64,000 nt of DNA from contig JBHLLU010000006.1 of NCBI GenBank assembly GCA_048938895.1, positions 54,367 through 118,366 on the forward strand, read 5' to 3'. Under the pieces are notes generated by a model. It saw only the letters and a program-made list of their open reading frames with translations, was not told the DNA's origin and did no database searches. Below are positions 58,724-64,000 of the stretch, one piece after another. Both the position numbers and the translations under genes were made by a program. How positions within the stretch are numbered: position 1 is the first letter of the stretch; every line of letters starts with the position of its first letter. The stretch comes from Promethearchaeota archaeon. GTDB taxonomy: Archaea > Asgardarchaeota > Lokiarchaeia > Sigyniarchaeales > SOKP01.

Positions 58724-59653
58724 TTATATTTTTTTAAAAATAATTGCTTTTTTAACCATTTTAATAGGTTTATATGACTCTTTCGCTCTTCTTAATCCTT
58801 CTATTCCTAAATCTTGTTCCCTATTAACATATATTGCTTCTATACAGCAATTTTTTAGAAAAAAATTATTGATTGCTTGATAAGCACCTTCATATTCTGC
58901 ATGAGCTTTCTCAATATGGATTACTAGTGTTTTATCATTTAACATCTCACCAAAAGTATATGCTGCGCATTTATTATCAACACAAATAAGTCCTCCACTA
59001 AAATCTAGTTTATTAAAATTATTTAGAGCTTCATAGATTGCTTCTTGCTCTGCTTCTAAGCTTTCATCTTCATTGCAAGCTCTCATTATACACCATTCTA
59101 ATTGAAGCTCTTTACATTTTTCAATGAGATCTTCTGTAATCAATTGAAACTCATAATCATAATTCTCTAAGAATTTACTTAACCATCTTCTATTTTGTCT
59201 ATATTTATTTCCCACTAAGCTTATGATCTCTTCTCTATTGTAAACATAATCCCAATTATTCCGATCTTCAAGACAATTTAAATTCATTTGAAGGAATTTC
59301 TCATTTTCACTTAGCTTTTCACAGATGTCTTCTGGTACTCTATGAATTTCTACATTTTCAAAATTTTCAAATAAGTGTAAAATAACTTTTTCGGGAGTAG
59401 GACCAATCGGAGGGAAAAAGTAAAGATAATTTCGAGAGTTTGATTCGATGGGTTTTCTGTGATTTTTTAAATAATCATTGGAAAACAAGATTATATGACC
59501 ATTATATTCTATATATAAGAAATTATAATAGTTCCGCCACATGAACAGGTTTGTAAACGTAAATTCAGAAGTTTCCGGTGAGTATTTTTGGAAATAATCG
59601 TCAAACAGTTTTTTATCTGTTATCTCAATTGGCTTTCCTGTGCTAAGATCCAT
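58724..59653 (-). CDS. DUF2156 / aminoacyl-phosphatidylglycerol synthase catalytic-domain-like protein
   Basis: SEFTFTNLFMW, WDYVY, IHIEKA, GAYQAIN, VNREQDLGIEGLRRAKESYKP. Confidence 0.88.
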   Translation of the reverse strand: MDLSTGKPIEITDKKLFDDYFQKYSPETSEFTFTNLFMWRNYYNFLYIEYNGHIILFSNDYLKNHRKPIESNSRNYLYFFPPIGPTPEKVILHLFENFENVEIHRVPEDICEKLSENEKFLQMNLNCLEDRNNWDYVYNREEIISLVGNKYRQNRRWLSKFLENYDYEFQLITEDLIEKCKELQLEWCIMRACNEDESLEAEQEAIYEALNNFNKLDFSGGLICVDNKCAAYTFGEMLNDKTLVIHIEKAHAEYEGAYQAINNFFLKNCCIEAIYVNREQDLGIEGLRRAKESYKPIKMVKKAIIFKKI

Positions 59654-59732
59654 GGTTTAATTATTATTTAAAGAACTTTAAAAGGATTATTCTTATAACA
59701 AAATAAAAAAAAGAAAGATAATAATGAATTTT

Positions 59733-60740
59733 TTATAATTTTTTAATAATCAATTCAGCCATACGGTTAGAGAAGCCCCACTCATTATCATACCAACTTA
59801 ACACAAAAACTTCATCCTCAACTACTTTAGTCCACAGACTATTGAAAACTGAACTGTGTTTATTACCGATAATATCACTACTTACAATAGGGTCTTCCAC
59901 ATAGTCTAAAATACCTTTTAAGCTATTATTGGCGGCTTCTTTCATCTTATTATTTATATCTTCAGCTGTGCATCTATTTTCTACAATACATTTTAAATCA
60001 ACTACGCTTCCATCAATAGTTGGGACTCTTACGGCAATACCATCTAGTTTACCCTTTAGCTCAGGAAATACTAAACCAATTGCTTTAGCGGCTCCAGTAG
60101 AGGTTGGAATCATATTTTGGGCAGCTGCTCTTCCTCTTATCATTTTATCTGGAGATCCTGCTCTTGCGATATCTCCCGTAGTTTGATCGTTAGTATAGGA
60201 ATGAATAGTAGTCATCAATCCGTATTTAATCTTAAAATTATCCTGTAAAACTTTCACAACGGGAGCAAGACAATTAGTTGTGCAGGATGCATTCGAGATA
60301 ATTTTATGTTCATCAGTTATTTTATCATCATTACATCCAAGCACCACTGTTATATCAGGATCCGTTGCTGGCGCACTAATTAATACCCGCTTTGCCCCCG
60401 CAGTTAAATGTTTACTAGCACCTTCTCTGTTAACAAATCGACCGGTACATTCAACTGCAACATCAATATTATTACTTGCGTGAGGTAAATCTGCAGGATC
60501 TCTTTCAGCAGTAATAGGTATATTTTTGCCGTCTATTATTAAAGAATTATCCGTAGATTCTACTTTACCTTTAAATCTTCCGAAGACAGAATCATATCTT
60601 AGAGCGTAAGCTAAATATTTAGGTTCGAATAGATCATTAATAGAAACAATATCAATATCGTTCCAGTAATTATCATATACTGCTCTAAAGAATAATCTGC
60701 CAATTCTTCCAAATCCGTTAATTGCGACTCTTTTAGCCAT
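59733..60740 (-). CDS. gap: Type I (bacterial/eukaryotic class) glyceraldehyde-3-phosphate dehydrogenase
   Basis: AINGFGRIGR, ECTG, SNASCTTNCLAP, TGAAKA, RVPT, WYDNEWGFS. Confidence 0.96.
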   Translation of the reverse strand: MAKRVAINGFGRIGRLFFRAVYDNYWNDIDIVSINDLFEPKYLAYALRYDSVFGRFKGKVESTDNSLIIDGKNIPITAERDPADLPHASNNIDVAVECTGRFVNREGASKHLTAGAKRVLISAPATDPDITVVLGCNDDKITDEHKIISNASCTTNCLAPVVKVLQDNFKIKYGLMTTIHSYTNDQTTGDIARAGSPDKMIRGRAAAQNMIPTSTGAAKAIGLVFPELKGKLDGIAVRVPTIDGSVVDLKCIVENRCTAEDINNKMKEAANNSLKGILDYVEDPIVSSDIIGNKHSSVFNSLWTKVVEDEVFVLSWYDNEWGFSNRMAELIIKKL

Positions 60741-60877
60741 CTATATCACTTTATTAATAACATTTTGATATAATTCAAATGTCAATTCAAATATGTGGTA
60801 GATAGTTTTAAAATTTTATAGTTTTATATTTTTACGCATCAAAATAGGATATATGGGATAATATTGGGAATATAATT

Positions 60878-62107
60878 ATGCATGGATCAGAAAAAATTAT
60901 TCTAGATAAAATTGAAGAGATGAGAGAAGATATCATTGAATTTCACCGTCGAATCGTTCAGATGCCAAGTGAAAATCCACCTGGTAGGTACAAGGAGATC
61001 TCCCACTTTATAAAAAATAAGATGGATGAAATTGGATTAAATACAAAAAGTAAGATGAATAATGTAATAGGAGAGGTTGGTGGTAATGATGGACCTACTT
61101 TAATCTTTAATGCTCACTACGATACTATAGAAAAGTTTACAGGTTGGATGAAAAAACCATTTGAAGCCAACATTGAGAATAACCGTATTTATGGTCGGGG
61201 CGCATCAGATGATAAATCGTGTATTGCTGCAGAAATTTTCGCGGCAAAAGCCTTAATTGATTCTGGTCTTGATTTTAAAGGAAAACTGATAATAACTGCG
61301 GTCAACGATGAGGAATTAGGTGGTCTTGGAGGTTCAAGTTATTTGCTTAAACGTAATATTATAAAAGGAGATGCTTGTATAGTTGGAGATGCTCCCGCTG
61401 ACTTTCCTGTAGGATATCTTCATGGCGCTATCTTTATAAGTGTTGTAATCCGCGGTAAACAATCTCATGGTTTTTTGCTACCTGATCTACCATCACCTAA
61501 TCGAAACCAATATTCTGGAATTAGTGCAATTCATAAAATGGTTCCCATAATGATATTCCTGCTAGATTTACAAGATGAGTTTGCTAAAATAGAGACTAAA
61601 TACCCTGTTTCGACTGAATTTCCTTCTAGAATCAGTAGCGTAAACTTAGCTATGATTGAAGGGGGAACAAAAATTTCTACTGTTGCTGACCATTGCTATC
61701 TTCATTGTAGTATTCAGACTATACCTGAACTTGATATAGAGGAAATTAAAAAAAGAATTCTTAAATATATAGAAAAATTAAAACATGAAGATCCTGACCT
61801 CGATATTACCGTTCAAATTCCCATTTTTTATGGTTCACACATAATTAATACCGAATCGAGGTTTGCAAAGGCAGTAAAAGGTGCCACAAAATCCGTGTAT
61901 GGTGAAGAACGAGAATTTAAGTTTTCTAATTGTACAACTGATGCTCATTGGTTTGCTGAAATGGGGATCGAAACTGTAATGATCGGAACTTTTAGAAAAG
62001 ACAATTTTATCCATTGCGCTGATGAAAATGTAAATATTGACGATTTGATTAACGTCACAAAAATGTTTGCTCTAACTGCACTTAACTACTTAAGGGAAAC
62101 GACTTAA
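60878..62107 (+). CDS. M20 metallopeptidase / ArgE-DapE family deacylase
   Basis: FNAHYDT, YGRGASDDK, DEELGG, TDA, HCADE. Confidence 0.92.
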   Translation: MHGSEKIILDKIEEMREDIIEFHRRIVQMPSENPPGRYKEISHFIKNKMDEIGLNTKSKMNNVIGEVGGNDGPTLIFNAHYDTIEKFTGWMKKPFEANIENNRIYGRGASDDKSCIAAEIFAAKALIDSGLDFKGKLIITAVNDEELGGLGGSSYLLKRNIIKGDACIVGDAPADFPVGYLHGAIFISVVIRGKQSHGFLLPDLPSPNRNQYSGISAIHKMVPIMIFLLDLQDEFAKIETKYPVSTEFPSRISSVNLAMIEGGTKISTVADHCYLHCSIQTIPELDIEEIKKRILKYIEKLKHEDPDLDITVQIPIFYGSHIINTESRFAKAVKGATKSVYGEEREFKFSNCTTDAHWFAEMGIETVMIGTFRKDNFIHCADENVNIDDLINVTKMFALTALNYLRETT

Positions 62108-62126
62108 AGAAAAAAAAGAAAATATA

Positions 62127-63632
62127 TTAGATCAATCCTAACGACTCATAAAATGCGGTTATTAAACGGTTTCCTCGTGTATCTGAATGGTATAGATTCG
62201 CAGCAGTTTCTTGCAAAGTTTGGTTCCTCATCTGATTCATTACATATCCAATACTAATTCTGGCATCCATATCCATTGATATAGCAGAACCACCTGCTCC
62301 TCCCCAAAAACATGTACGTGGATTTGGGCGCGGTCTTTCTCTAGTAGGTAACCCTACACCTAAGCCCCACCGCATTGGATAGGCCATGACAAGATCTCTA
62401 TCATAAATTTGTTCTTCAAGAATTTTATCCAATGTCTCTTTAGAAATAATTCTGGTTCCATCAAGTTCTCCTTCACATGCAATTATAGATGCTACTTTTG
62501 CGACAGATCTAGCATTTCCGTGACCATTTGCTGCGGGAATTTCCGCTGCTTGCCATTCTCTATCTCCAGAACGATTTCGAATTCCCATAGGGGTTAAAGC
62601 CATTTTAATTCCCACACCTCCTAACCTCCGAGCTTCTTTAGCAGCTAATTCAAAAATTTTTTTAGTTAGTTTGATATCTTCAGGTTTACCTTCCGTTTTC
62701 AAATTTTCAGTAATATATTCTGGATCTTCATTTATACTAGTAAATAACCAATTCATTACTCCTGCTCGGTCTTTTGTGGTAATAAATTTACAATCGGGAT
62801 TATCAACCTTTCCAACTTTAAATTGAAACTTTCCATTTGCTATTGTGATTGTAAACTGATCATCATCCCCATAATCTAGAATTATCTTTTTTTCTAGATC
62901 CTCCAGTTCTTTCTTTACTAATTCCGAGTTATTAGCGTTATTAAATAAAGTCCCCATAAGAAGAGGAATCATACTCATAATTGGAGCCCCAGGGATGAGA
63001 TTAGAAACACGATGAACATGTTCTTCTACTAATCCAATGTGAAAATCTATATTAAGAGGATTAGCTATTTCTTTTTTAAAAAATGTTCCAAGAGTTTCTC
63101 CAGTAACTCTTCTTACTAATTCACCTAACAAATACCCATGGGTGATAGAATGATAACCACATTTAGTACCTGGCTCCCACCAAGGTTTTTGAGCTGCCAA
63201 AAGGCTAGTAATTTTATCCCAGTCATAATATGCATTCGAAGGAATTTCCTCTTCAATTCCTGCTAATCCAGAAGTATGACTTAATAGTTGTCTAACCAGA
63301 ATATTTTCTTTTCCATTTTGAGCAAACTCTGGCCAATATTTAGAAACATTTTCATCCAAATCTAGAAGTCCTCTATCTACACACATCATTGTACATAATA
63401 CGGTTGGTACCTTTGTTGTACTATACACATTACATATCGTATCTTTTTCCCAAGGTTGAGTTTTCTCTTTATCTTTATATCCTCCCCAGATATCAATAAC
63501 GTACTTGCCCTTAATCATTACTGCAAAACTTGCCCCAACTTCCATTCCTTCTTCAAAATTTCTACTAAATGCTTCTTTAACAGCTTCAAATCGAGGTTCA
63601 CATAACCCTTGTATTTTTACTTTATCTATCAT
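62127..63632 (-). CDS. Beta-lactamase-like esterase with an internal SCP2-like insertion
   Basis: YSTTK, LLSHTSG, PWWEPGT..GYH, EIPAANG, WGGAGG; extra segment of about 110 aa between the halves. Confidence 0.88.
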   Translation of the reverse strand: MIDKVKIQGLCEPRFEAVKEAFSRNFEEGMEVGASFAVMIKGKYVIDIWGGYKDKEKTQPWEKDTICNVYSTTKVPTVLCTMMCVDRGLLDLDENVSKYWPEFAQNGKENILVRQLLSHTSGLAGIEEEIPSNAYYDWDKITSLLAAQKPWWEPGTKCGYHSITHGYLLGELVRRVTGETLGTFFKKEIANPLNIDFHIGLVEEHVHRVSNLIPGAPIMSMIPLLMGTLFNNANNSELVKKELEDLEKKIILDYGDDDQFTITIANGKFQFKVGKVDNPDCKFITTKDRAGVMNWLFTSINEDPEYITENLKTEGKPEDIKLTKKIFELAAKEARRLGGVGIKMALTPMGIRNRSGDREWQAAEIPAANGHGNARSVAKVASIIACEGELDGTRIISKETLDKILEEQIYDRDLVMAYPMRWGLGVGLPTRERPRPNPRTCFWGGAGGSAISMDMDARISIGYVMNQMRNQTLQETAANLYHSDTRGNRLITAFYESLGLI

Positions 63633-63701
63633 AATTCCTACTTTAACTTTTTTCTAAAACATGGTAATGAATTTTAAATTACATTTTAAGTTAAATATCT
63701 T

Positions 63702-64000
63702 ATGGATAACCAAGAATTAATTTTATATGATACAAAGGGACGTGTAGCTATTATAACAATTAATAGACCGGATAAAGCAAACTCGTGTAATGTGGCTATG
63801 TTAAAACAGATCCACGGATCTTTAATGAAAGCAGACAAGGATGAAAAAATAAAATGCTTGTTAGTAAAGAGTACAGGCGATCGCTTTTTTTCTGCGGGGT
63901 ATGACCTAAGAGAAATTCAAGGGTCCCCTGAAAATGTGAAACTTATTACAGAATGGGGGAGAAAAATAAATGAAACCATGATTCTTATGAAAAAACCAAT
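63702..64000 (+). CDS. Enoyl-CoA hydratase/isomerase, truncated by the window end
   Basis: Not in the ORF track; ATG at 63702 reads MDNQELILYDTKGRVAIITINRPDKANS...FFSAGYDL...MKKP. Confidence 0.88.
   Translation, partial: MDNQELILYDTKGRVAIITINRPDKANSCNVAMLKQIHGSLMKADKDEKIKCLLVKSTGDRFFSAGYDLREIQGSPENVKLITEWGRKINETMILMKKP

Overview
AT-rich, gene-dense 64 kb chromosomal window, most likely from an Asgard archaeon (Lokiarchaeia-like). This is inferred from a Rab-like GTPase, longin/uDENN-GTPase fusions, a V4R/Bet3-like protein, a Loki-CTERM-like sorting tail, geranylgeranyl reductase, short XPF and frequent TTG/GTG starts. It holds about 50 CDS: beta-oxidation enzymes, peptidases and hydrolases, two ABC systems, nadB, a bacterial-type GAPDH, a HerA-like ATPase and a decayed TPR gene at the left edge. 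I saw no rRNA, tRNA, CRISPR array or mobile element. The most striking feature is a 9 kb locus (33.3-42.3 kb) encoding four copies of an unrecognised ~400-aa extracellular module. The copies fall into two subtypes, A and B, present both as separate adjacent genes and as one A-B fusion gene, which suggests a heterodimeric cell-surface receptor or adhesin. The locus is divergent from a longin plus twin winged-helix protein and a TrmB protein with a ~300-aa coiled-coil insert, whose C-terminal domain recurs in a small protein lying between two GTPase genes 43 kb away. All family calls come from reading motifs by eye; no database searches were run.
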